Source: an uncultured Verrucomicrobiae bacterium (lineage in GTDB: Bacteria; Verrucomicrobiota; Verrucomicrobiia; Limisphaerales; UBA11358). Taken from it: a stretch of DNA of 64,000 bases. The stretch lies in NCBI GenBank assembly GCA_963711945.1, contig CAVQGB010000005.1:175664-239663 (forward strand). Direction: 5' to 3'. The notes under the pieces were generated by a model. That model was given only the letters and a program-made list of their open reading frames with translations, was not told where the DNA came from and searched no databases. Every line of letters begins with the position of its first letter. Positions within the stretch are counted from its first letter, which is position 1. The translations under genes and the position numbers were made by a program. Positions 52,871-61,490 of this stretch are shown piece after piece.

Positions 52871-54876
52871 ATGACCGAACTGGAGCGCATCCGGCATTCC
52901 GCCGCGCACGTCATGGCCACCGCCATTCTGCGCCTGTGGCCGGACGCGCAATTCGCCGCCGGGCCGCCGGTCGAGAACGGCTTTTACTACGACGTGGACT
53001 TGCAGCACCGCATCTCGCCGGAGGATTTCCCGACCATCGAGGCCGAGATGAAAAAGGAGATCAAGGCGAACCACACCTTCGAGAAAATCGTCGTCACGCG
53101 CGAGCAGGCGCTGAAGGATTCGCGAGAGCGGACGGCTCGGCGGCCTGACCGAGCGGCCGGGCAATCCGAGCAAGTTCAAGATCGGCAACCTCGAAGCCAT
53201 TCCCGAAGGCGAGCCGATCACCTATTTCAAGAACGGCGATTTCATTGACCTCTGCGCCGGGCCGCACGTGATGCGCACCGGCAACATCGGCGCGTTCAAG
53301 CTCACCAGCGTGGCCAGCGCGTATTACAAGGGCGACGAGAACAACCCGCAGCTCCAGCGCATCTACGGCACGGCGTTCAAGAACAAGACCGAGCTGGACG
53401 AGTATTTCAAGATGCTCGAGGAGGCCAAGCGCCGCGACCATCGCAAGATCGGCCAGGAGATGGGGCTGTTCGCGATTGACACCGAATACATCGGGCCGGG
53501 CCTGCCGCTGTGGCTGCCCAAAGGCACGGCCATCGTCGAGGAACTGGAAAAGCTGGCGAAGGAAACGGAATTCGCCGCCGGCTACGTGCGCGTGAAAACG
53601 CCGCACATCGCGCAAGGAGAAAATGTATCTAACGTCCGGCCATCTGCCGATTCTTTACGCGGAATCAATGTTTCCGCCGATGAGGCTACAGTTTGAAGGA
53701 AAGGACAAAGCCGAGAGACAATGCGCTTGAAACTGGCCAAAGACGAATACGAAAAGAATTGGATATCAGGTTACTTAGATTCCGCGACAACTGATGACCG
53801 AACGATTTTCAGAATCAAGAAGCTTGCTAACAACGCGAAGTCATACAAGACAGCAGCTTGCCCGAGACGAAGTCTTGGCAAGGCCGAGAAAGATCTCGAG
53901 GCAGAGCGCTATTACCTCAAAGCCATGAACTGCCCGCATCATCACCGCATTTTTGCGGCGGAGCCGCGCAGTTACCGCGATCTGCCGTTGCGGCTGGCCG
54001 AATACGGCACCTGCTACCGCTACGAGCAGTCGGGCGAATTGTTCGGCCTCATGCGCGTCCGCTCGCTCAACATGAACGACGCGCACATCTATTGCACGCC
54101 GGAGCAGTTCGCCGCCGAGTTCAACGCCGTCAACGAAATGTATCTGAAGTATTTCAAGATTTTCGGCATCGAGAAATACGTGATGCGCTTCAGCACGCAC
54201 GACCCGTCGCGCCTGACCGGCGACAAGCAAATTCGTCAACGAACCGGAATTGTGGAAGCAGACGGAGGACATGGTCCGCAAGGTTTTGATTGATTCGAAG
54301 ATTCCCTACGTCGAGGTGCCGAACGAGGCGGCGTTTTACGGGCCGAAGATTGACGTGCAGGTCTGGAGCGTCATCGGCCGCGAATTCACGCTGGCGACGA
54401 ACCAGGTGGACTTCGCCGTGCCGCGAAAATTCGGCCTGGTCTATCGCGACAAGGACAACACGGACAAGACGCCGCTGTGCATCCATCGCGCGCCGCTGGG
54501 CACGCACGAGCGGTTCATCGGCTTCCTCATCGAGCATTACGCCGGCAATTTCCCGCTCTGGCTCGCGCCGGAGCAGGTGCGCGTGCTGACCATCGGCGAG
54601 GAGGAGCCGCTGGTGAATTACGCCAAGGCCATCGTGCAGCGAACTGCGCGCCAACATGGTCCGCTGCCGAAGCGATTTCACGCACGAACAAGATCAACGG
54701 CAAGATTCAGGAAGCCGAGCAGGCGAAAGTCCACACCATGCTGGTCATCGGCGGCCGCGACATGGACGCCGGGAACGTTTCCGTGCGTCTGCACGGCAAA
54801 GGCAACCTCGGCGCGAAGCCGAAGGGCGAAGTCGTGGCGGACATTCTGGCGAGCGATCAAAGAGCGAAGAAAATGA
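52871..54876 (+). pseudogene. thrS: Threonyl-tRNA synthetase (no TGS domain), with about 5 single-base frameshifts plus a 173-nt insertion
   Basis: MTELERIRHSAAHVMATAILRLWP...GFYYD (editing domain), ...DLCAGPHV..., ...DHRKIGQEMGLF..., MNCPHHHRIFAAEPRSYRDLPLRLAEYGTCYRYEQSGELFGLMRVRS (class II motifs), and ...HRAPLGTHERFIGFLIEHYAGNFPLWLAP... The pieces are spread over ORFs 52811..53248, 53268..53696, 53721..54293, 54250..54876 and 54477..54905. Confidence 0.9.
53707..53889 (+). mobile_element. 173-nt low-GC insertion in thrS bounded by a 10-nt direct repeat (AAAGCCGAGA / AAGGCCGAGA)
   Basis: The direct repeats lie at 53707-53716 and 53880-53889. Deleting 53707-53879 joins ...GGA AAG GAC | AAG GCC GAG AAA... 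and restores MFPPMRLQFEGKDKAEKDLEAERYYLKAMNCPHHH in one frame. Confidence 0.45.
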
Positions 54877-54901
54877 CAGGAACCAGCCTTAAAGCAGCCT
54901 T

Positions 54902-56488
54902 ATGAAAACCGACGGGGGTGAGGCAATTCGGATAAGGGTGATTTGGAAGGCTTGCTTGTATTTGGGGGTTTCGGCGTTTGTTTTCTTTCTGGTCTTTTGC
55001 AATCTGGACGGGCGTTTGTTTTGGGGCGACGAGGCGGAGACGGCGGTTCTTGCAAAAAACGTCTTGAAGTTCGGCATCCCAAAAGTTGACGACGGGGTCA
55101 ATCTTGTCACGTTCAACGGAGGCCAGCTCGATGCGAGCGCGGGCGGCATCTGGACGTGGTCGCCTTGGTTGCAGGAATACATCACCGCCGGGTCGTTCGC
55201 CATTTTCGGCCCGACGACGTGGGCGGGCCGCGCGCCATTTGCCCTGATCGGATGGTTGGATGTGGTTTTGCTCGGCGTCGTGGCGTGGAAAATCCACCGG
55301 AGCCATCGCGTGGCGCTTGCGAGCATGATCTTGATGGGCACCTCGGAAATTTTTCTGCTGCACACCCGGCAATGCCGCTACTACTGGATATCAGTCCTTG
55401 GGGAAATTCTGTTCGTCTGCGGCATCCATCAACTTTTCACGCAAAAGCGGCGGGGCATCTGGATCGCGGCAGCGGCCCTGATTCTGCAATTTTACAGCAA
55501 CTACATCATCGCGGCGGCCAACATCCCGGCGCTGATCGTTCTGGCCTGGATGTTGCGCACACGGGGCAAACGCGCCGTGTTGGACGTGGCCGTGATTCCG
55601 GGTGTCTTGCTGGCCGCAGCGCTGCCCTGGCTGGTTTATGCGCATCCGTGGGTTCAGGCACACGCGGTTGGCGGGGAAAATATTTTCACGAAGGCGTGGT
55701 ATTATTTGAGGGAGTTCAATTTTCATTTTCTGCCACTATGTTTTCTGTTGTTGCCGCTTCTTGGCTGGATTCCGGTTCGCGGGGGCGGGCAAAAAAACGG
55801 GCTGGAGGTTGTGCCGCCGTGGGAAAGATTTGCGCTGGTCCTGCTCCCGTTGTATCTGGCCGTCATTGTGATGGTTCCGGGCGTTTTTCTGCGTTATCTG
55901 CTGCCCCTGTTGCCGGTTGCGTGCCTATTGGCGGCCGGGTGGGTGTTTCGCCATGTCAGATGGCGCGCGCTGGCGTTCGCGGTGCTGGCCGTTCAGTGCA
56001 TAACCAATGCGTTTCCCATCGCAACCGCCTATCCCTTTAGGGAATTTCACCAGCTTCGCAGCCCCTTGCTGGGATATGTGGCCGGCATCACCGAACCTTA
56101 CGAGGACCGTTTCACCGACGTGCTGAAGTTCTTGAATGAGCAAAGCCATCCTAGCGAGACCATTTTGACATGGGATCCGGAACTTCCCATTGTCTTCTAC
56201 ACCCAGCTCAAGGTCATTGACGCCCGCTTCACTGGCACGGCGGCGATGTCCCGGTTGCCGGACTGGATTTTGCCTGAAAGCGCTTCGAGCGTCCTGAAAG
56301 TGATGCCCGTCACACTGCCGGATTATTGTGAATCACATTATGCGCCCATTGCTCTGGATGTTCACGATTCGGCCAGGGGCGACAATTATCCCGAACCCGA
56401 TTACCACCGAGGCCAGAGCACCCCGAAACGCGCGGCCTTTGTCATTTACAAGTTGAAAACCGGCGCGCAGGAAAAGACGGCAGATTAA
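54902..56488 (+). CDS. GT39/ArnT-like membrane glycosyltransferase
   Basis: 528 aa with about 11 TM helices. The N-terminal GRLFWGDEAETAVLAKNVLKFGIP... resembles the acidic motif of GT-C glycosyltransferases. The C-terminal domain is soluble. Confidence 0.7.
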   Translation: MKTDGGEAIRIRVIWKACLYLGVSAFVFFLVFCNLDGRLFWGDEAETAVLAKNVLKFGIPKVDDGVNLVTFNGGQLDASAGGIWTWSPWLQEYITAGSFAIFGPTTWAGRAPFALIGWLDVVLLGVVAWKIHRSHRVALASMILMGTSEIFLLHTRQCRYYWISVLGEILFVCGIHQLFTQKRRGIWIAAAALILQFYSNYIIAAANIPALIVLAWMLRTRGKRAVLDVAVIPGVLLAAALPWLVYAHPWVQAHAVGGENIFTKAWYYLREFNFHFLPLCFLLLPLLGWIPVRGGGQKNGLEVVPPWERFALVLLPLYLAVIVMVPGVFLRYLLPLLPVACLLAAGWVFRHVRWRALAFAVLAVQCITNAFPIATAYPFREFHQLRSPLLGYVAGITEPYEDRFTDVLKFLNEQSHPSETILTWDPELPIVFYTQLKVIDARFTGTAAMSRLPDWILPESASSVLKVMPVTLPDYCESHYAPIALDVHDSARGDNYPEPDYHRGQSTPKRAAFVIYKLKTGAQEKTAD

Positions 56489-56503
56489 TATGATTGGCGC
56501 CGC

Positions 56504-56587
56504 GTCCGTCTGCGCGGCAAAGGCAACATCGGCGCGAAGCCGAAGGGCGAAGTGGTGGTGGCAATCACAAAGCGGCGGGCATGGTGA
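56504..56587 (+). other. Remnant duplicate of the thrS 3' end
   Basis: 56504-56561 matches 54784-54841 at 53/58 positions by hand alignment. It reads VRLRGKGNIGAKPKGEVVVAITKRRAW-stop, against thrS VRLHGKGNLGAKPKGEVVADIL... Confidence 0.7.
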
Positions 56588-56608
56588 AAAACGAGGCCGG
56601 CTGGCGTC

Positions 56609-56776
56609 CTACTTTTTCTCCGTCTTGCCGCATTTTCGTTTGGCCACAGCCTGGCGCAAGACATATTCGATCTGGCCGTTAATGCTGCGCAATTCATCCG
56701 CCGCCCATTTCTCCAGTTCCTTCCGCAAATCCGGCTGAATCCGCAGCAGAAACGGTTTGCGTTCCTCGCTTGGCAT
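56609..56776 (-). CDS. Arc/MetJ-type ribbon-helix-helix DNA-binding protein (55 aa, below the ORF-track cutoff)
   Basis: Hand translation: [55 protein letters not shown]. This is the Arc-like pattern FLLRIP..L...L...A....RS.N..IE..L. The start lies 7 nt after the SPFH gene stop. Confidence 0.6.
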   Translation of the reverse strand: MPSEERKPFLLRIQPDLRKELEKWAADELRSINGQIEYVLRQAVAKRKCGKTEKK

Positions 56777-56782
56777 GACGCT

Positions 56783-57805
56783 TTATTGATACAGTGTGCC
56801 GGTGTTGATCACCGGCTTCGTCTCGGATTCGCCACACAGGACCACGAGCAGGTTGCTGACCATGGACGCCTTCCGCTCCTCGTCGAGCGTCACGACTTTT
56901 TTCTCCGACAACTCGCGCAACGCCATGTCCACCATGCTGACAGCGCCATGCACGATCATCCGGCGCGCGGCGATGACCGCTTCCGCCTGTTGCCGGCGAA
57001 GCATCGTCTGGGCGATTTCAGCCGCGTATGCGAGGTGAGTCAACCGGGCCTCCTCAATAATCACACCCGCCTTGTCGAGCCGCTCCTCCAGCTCTTTTTT
57101 CAAAGCCCCGGCGACTTCGTCGGCGCTCTCGCGCAGCGTCAGTTCATGCTCCTCGCCGCAGTCGTAGTCGTAGAGGCTGGCGATGTGGCGGATGGCCGCC
57201 TCGCTCTGGATGTGGACGTAGCTCTCGAAATCGTCCACATCAAACGCCGCCTTCGCGGTGTCCTCGACGCGCCAGACCACGACAGCGGCGATCTCCACCG
57301 GGTTGCCGCGCTTGTCGTTCACCTTGAGTTTCTCGCTGTTGAAGTTGCGCGTTCGCAGCGAAATCTTGGCGCTAAGGCTGCGATAAAGGAGGCTGTTGGA
57401 TGATATGCCTTTGGCCGCGGCCGCCTTCACCGCCTCCGGCGAGACGCTGCCCGGAGGCAACAGGATGCGTCCGCGCGCCCGGGAATAGAACGGGTTCGCC
57501 CACCAAAAACCGCTCGTGCGCACCGTGCCTTTGTAAGCGCCGAACAGAATCAGGACGCGCGCCTCGTTCGGCTGGAGGGTAAAATGGCCGCAAAGTGAAA
57601 TGATCGCCGATACTTCGAGCAGAATTGCCGGGATGAGCCACCAGAGGGCCGCGGGTTCGTGCTCGCTCGCTGCGTGGACAATCGCCACAACCATCAACGC
57701 TGCCGCGCCAATTAGCAGCGCCAGATGGATGAACAGCATCACCCCGCCGGGAACCGCATTGGTTTGATTTTCAATGCTCGCCGATTTTAGAGTGTTTGTA
57801 TTCAT
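56783..57805 (-). CDS. SPFH/band-7 (stomatin-like) membrane protein
   Basis: Two N-terminal TM helices, then [20 protein letters not shown]...[19 protein letters not shown]...[20 protein letters not shown]. Confidence 0.85.
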   Translation of the reverse strand: MNTNTLKSASIENQTNAVPGGVMLFIHLALLIGAAALMVVAIVHAASEHEPAALWWLIPAILLEVSAIISLCGHFTLQPNEARVLILFGAYKGTVRTSGFWWANPFYSRARGRILLPPGSVSPEAVKAAAAKGISSNSLLYRSLSAKISLRTRNFNSEKLKVNDKRGNPVEIAAVVVWRVEDTAKAAFDVDDFESYVHIQSEAAIRHIASLYDYDCGEEHELTLRESADEVAGALKKELEERLDKAGVIIEEARLTHLAYAAEIAQTMLRRQQAEAVIAARRMIVHGAVSMVDMALRELSEKKVVTLDEERKASMVSNLLVVLCGESETKPVINTGTLYQ

Positions 57806-58284
57806 AAATGATTTCTTCTGTTATCGTTATGATATCATATTGCTATCTCAAGTCAAGTTTTTTGTTTTTTGTATTCAATGGACTGTGAGAATGTTACGGA
57901 GTGACCGCGGAAATATTGGCAAGCATCAATGTTCTGCGGAATTGATTTTATTCATTCGGAGGGTCGCTGGGGTTGCCAAATGAAGGAAGCATGCTTTTAT
58001 TTCGGAGAATTCGCGCGGAATAAATTTGAACTTCCGGGAGAACGTGATAGGTTTTTGCACGGTTTCCAATGCAAATGCTTCCTTCAAGGACTGGAAGCAA
58101 GGGTTTTGACGCCGGGTTGGCCCTTTAGGTTGCGGGAAACGTAGCATTTTATTAAATCCAATTGCGATCACGAGCTGGTCGGCGCGGGACAGGTTTTTCG
58201 GCAAACCCACTTCCTCGTGTTTTCGTGTCGCCATTTCCCAATTCTTGATCCATCAATCTGCCGAACCAAGAAAGGCCACCGCTT

Positions 58285-59934
58285 ATGAAAATATTCCTCA
58301 TTTGGGTGAATGATGAGAATTTCTACCGGCTGCTGCCGGAGGATTTGGGCGGCTCCAAGCCGGGCGACGCGCGCGTCAAGGTGATGGGCTTCCCGCCGCT
58401 GGGCATCGAGACGCTCGCGCCCGTCCTGCGCCAGCACGGCCATCAGGTGCGGATGTTCGACACCTGCCACCCGGAGATGAAGGAGCCGGACATCGCGCAG
58501 GCGTTGCGGGACGACCCGCCGGACGTCGTGGCGCTCTCATTTTTGTCCACGACGACTTATCCCGGCGTGAAAAGCATGGCGCAGGTGGTCAAGGACGTGT
58601 TGCCGGACGTGCCGGTCATCTGCGGCGGCGTTTTTGCCACGATGAACCAGGAACGGATTCTGAAGGATTGTCCCTTCATTGACGCCGTGGGCGTGGGCGA
58701 AGGCGAGGAACTGCTGCCGGATTATCTTGACCACCTGAACAATCCGGCCAGCGTCGCCGGCCTGGTCTGGCGCGACGGCGAGAAAATCGTCAAGAACATT
58801 CCCCGCCCGATCATCAAGGATTTGAACAAGTTTCCGTATCCCGACCGGACGACGCTGCCGATTGATTACATCGAATCGCTGCCGCTCGACGTGCCGGCGG
58901 TGCTGTCGCTGGAAAAATTCTGCACGATGCAAACGTCGCGCGGTTGTCCTTACACCTGCATTTACTGCGACATCCCGGCGCTGACCAACGGCAAATGGCG
59001 CTTCCGTTCGCCGGAGCATGTCCTGGGCGAAATGAAGCAGCTCCACGACCAGGGCTACCGCTCGATTTATCTCACCGACGATCATTTCCTGCTGAAACGG
59101 GACCGCATCAGCACGATTTGCCAGAACATCATTGACCACAAGCTCGCGTTCAAGTGGGGCTGCGAAGGCCGGGTGGATTCCGTCGCGGTGGACCAACTGC
59201 CCATCATGGGCCGGGCGAACTGCAACTTCCTCGCGTTCGGCGTGGAGGCGGGCACGCAAAAAATCCTGGATCGGCTCGACAAGCGGCAGACGCTGGAGCA
59301 AATCGAAAAAGCGGTCAGCGAAGCCAAGCGTTGCGGCATCGAGCGGGCGCACGGATTTTTCCTGGTCGGCTCGCCCGGCGAAACCGAGGAGGACATCCTG
59401 GAGAGTTTCCGTTTCTGCGCGCGGCTCAAGCTGGACACGTTCGGCTTCAACCGGCTGTGCGTCTATCGCGGCACGCCGCTGTGGCACGAGTATCTCGAAC
59501 GCGGCATCCTCGACGACGAGCGCGACTGGGCCAAATGGTTCAAGTGTTCGGACATTGACCCGACCGTGCTGCCCAGCGAGGTCGTCAACCGCGCGCGGCA
59601 GAAAGGCTACGCGCTGCTGTTCGCCCGGCGGATTTTCTTCCGTCCCATCCAGACCTTCAAGCTGATCCGCACGCTGGGCCGGCACATGAAATACAGCGAC
59701 ATCCTCCGGCTGTTGAGCAGTCCGTTCCGGCGGCGCAAGCTGAACCGGACGCCGGAACTGCCGGCCAAGATGATCGAACTGGGACTGACCGCGCCCATCC
59801 GCGACCGTCGCGCCCGTGGACGCCCCGGCGGTTTCCGCATAAGTGGCCGTGCCAACGTGTGTCGTGTGTCCGGTGAAAACAGGCGACAGCAACGGTTTGA
59901 AACCCGCAGTGCTGCAAGTCTTGTGCGTGGATGA
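58285..59934 (+). CDS. B12-binding-domain radical SAM enzyme
   Basis: N-terminal cobalamin-binding-like Rossmann region (PLGIETLAPVLRQHGHQVRMFD...VVALSF...VICGGVFAT), then TSRGCPYTCIYCDIP (CxxxCxxC). The last ~50 aa are Arg-rich and may be out of frame. Confidence 0.85.
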   Translation: MKIFLIWVNDENFYRLLPEDLGGSKPGDARVKVMGFPPLGIETLAPVLRQHGHQVRMFDTCHPEMKEPDIAQALRDDPPDVVALSFLSTTTYPGVKSMAQVVKDVLPDVPVICGGVFATMNQERILKDCPFIDAVGVGEGEELLPDYLDHLNNPASVAGLVWRDGEKIVKNIPRPIIKDLNKFPYPDRTTLPIDYIESLPLDVPAVLSLEKFCTMQTSRGCPYTCIYCDIPALTNGKWRFRSPEHVLGEMKQLHDQGYRSIYLTDDHFLLKRDRISTICQNIIDHKLAFKWGCEGRVDSVAVDQLPIMGRANCNFLAFGVEAGTQKILDRLDKRQTLEQIEKAVSEAKRCGIERAHGFFLVGSPGETEEDILESFRFCARLKLDTFGFNRLCVYRGTPLWHEYLERGILDDERDWAKWFKCSDIDPTVLPSEVVNRARQKGYALLFARRIFFRPIQTFKLIRTLGRHMKYSDILRLLSSPFRRRKLNRTPELPAKMIELGLTAPIRDRRARGRPGGFRISGRANVCRVSGENRRQQRFETRSAASLVRG

Positions 59935-60211
59935 CCGCCTTGTCGCGCATCCCGGCAACAAGATGAAGGACGGTATGCGGGTGACAACCCGATGAAAAGT
60001 CAGGGGCCTCCAGCACGGACAGCGGGTTTCAATGGCTGTGGGATTTCATACTAAGGCATGACTTGGATTGCAGGCATTGGAACTCAAAGGTTATATATGT
60101 ATTTTGCGGGAACGCACCTGTGTTTCAGGTGGACAAGTTCCCATCCTCCATTTCGAGGTGCGCTCATTAAAATCGAACGAATCCGCCTGTCGGCCCGTCA
60201 AAAATGCGCCT

Positions 60212-60475
60212 ATGCAAACAATCAAAGGATTGACGGTTTTACTGCTTGTGGCGGCGGGAGTATTCGCCGTTGCCGGAATGAACAACATCAAAGGCCAGTC
60301 CCGGTATGCCGCCCGATCGCACAGTCCTGCCCTGGCGGAAATGGCGGGCAGAGCCGGTGTTAATGTGACTGGCGGCGTGAAGTCCGGTGAAACGGCCGCG
60401 CACATCACCGGCAAGATCGCGAACATGGGAACCAAAACGGACAATCAAGCCCGGCGAAAAATCCCGGCGACATGA
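60212..60475 (+). CDS. Small secreted hypothetical protein
   Basis: An internal ATG gives MQTIKGLTVLLLVAAGVFAVAG (signal/anchor). 87 aa. No motif recognised. Confidence 0.4.
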   Translation: MQTIKGLTVLLLVAAGVFAVAGMNNIKGQSRYAARSHSPALAEMAGRAGVNVTGGVKSGETAAHITGKIANMGTKTDNQARRKIPAT

Positions 60476-60698
60476 GCAAAGCCTGAAAAGCGGCACGCGC
60501 TTCCGTCTGCGTTTGTGGCGCGGATGACAGATGCGTTCACTTCCTCCTTTTGTTCGCCACCGGATTCAGCATGGCGGTGGCGGATGCCAATCCCGTCATC
60601 CAACGGCGACGCCGGGTCGCGCCGTTCGCCCCGGCAAAATCCGAATTTTTCATTTCCTGTTTGACGGCGGGGGCGGAAAGCGCGAAAAGAAGGCAGCC

Positions 60699-61352
60699 AT
60701 GAAATTAAAAGACGTGTTTCAGGGATTGTGCGTCGCGGCATTGCTGGTCGCCGGGGTTTTGCTTTTTTCGGCCAACAACAAAAAAACAGCGGCGGAAACA
60801 GCGGCGCGCGAGGCACAGCATCAGGTGGACGATTTGACCGCACAAGTGGCCCAACTCAAGGCCGACAACGCGGCGGCCCAGGGCACGGACATTGTCAGCA
60901 TGCGGGCGGAGAACAAGAATTTGACCCAGAAATTCTCCCAGTTGCAGGGTGATTACACCCGGCTGGACAGCACAAACAAGTTGCTCGTGCGTCAATTGAG
61001 CAGCTATTACGAGACGGCGGTGCAGCAGCAGAAGCAGTTGAGCGCGTTGGAAGCCGCCAGCCAGCAGGCCAGCCAGCAGGCGACCGTGGCGGCGCAGGAG
61101 CAAACACAGGCGCAGAAAAAGGCGGCACAGGAACGTGACGCCTGCATCCGAAATTTGAAGGAAATTGACGCCGCAAAGCAGAAATGGGCGCTCGTGAACG
61201 ACAAGACCGACGTGGACATTCCAACCACCCAGGAATTGTTGCCGTATTTCTCCAGCGGCGTCATGCCGGTCTGCCCCTCCGGCGGCACTTACAGCATCAA
61301 TGCCGTCGGCCTGCCGCCAACCTGCTCGGTTGCCGGCCACGCGATTCAATAA
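60699..61352 (+). CDS. Membrane-anchored coiled-coil protein with a Cys-containing C-terminal domain
   Basis: MKLKDVFQGLCVAALLVAGVLLF, then Gln/Ala-rich heptad-like sequence, then C-terminal ...CIRNLKEIDAAKQKWAL...PVCPSGGTYSINAVGLPPTCSVAGH. Confidence 0.6.
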   Translation: MKLKDVFQGLCVAALLVAGVLLFSANNKKTAAETAAREAQHQVDDLTAQVAQLKADNAAAQGTDIVSMRAENKNLTQKFSQLQGDYTRLDSTNKLLVRQLSSYYETAVQQQKQLSALEAASQQASQQATVAAQEQTQAQKKAAQERDACIRNLKEIDAAKQKWALVNDKTDVDIPTTQELLPYFSSGVMPVCPSGGTYSINAVGLPPTCSVAGHAIQ

Positions 61353-61356
61353 TGGT

Positions 61357-61385
61357 TTGAATGGTTGAAAAGTTGAATCATTGAA
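61357..61385. repeat. Four TTGAA motifs at an exact 8-nt period
   Basis: gTTTGAATgGTTGAAAaGTTGAATcATTGAAC, with TTGAA at 61357, 61365, 61373 and 61381. Confidence 0.7.
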
Positions 61386-61453
61386 CGTCCGGGCGGCGGG
61401 ACCGATTTAACGATTTAACAAATCACCTTCCAACAATTTCACAATTTTCATTC

Positions 61454-61481
61454 TTGGCTTTCGCCGTTGTTCGCATAAAAT
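61454..61481 (+). promoter_or_regulatory. Candidate sigma70-type promoter for tkt
   Basis: TTGGCT (61454-61459), a 16-nt spacer, then TAAAAT (61476-61481). The ATG lies at 61491. Confidence 0.35.
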
Positions 61482-61490
61482 GCGCGCTCC

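Noticed and set aside
38502-54876. Programmed ribosomal frameshifting or recoding as the explanation for the broken genes
   Set aside because: There are too many events (about 35), in unrelated genes, with no shared slippery motif. Several sit in homopolymer runs, and one compensating pair occurs within 70 nt. Sequencing or assembly error is the simpler explanation.
59840-59960. Cobalamin-riboswitch-like fragment (CCGGTGAAAACAGG) near the 3' end of the B12-radical-SAM gene
   Set aside because: Only the GGTGAAAA-type fragment is present. The B12 box and the GCCACTG/GGGAAGGC elements are absent, and the location (a 3' coding end) is wrong for a riboswitch.
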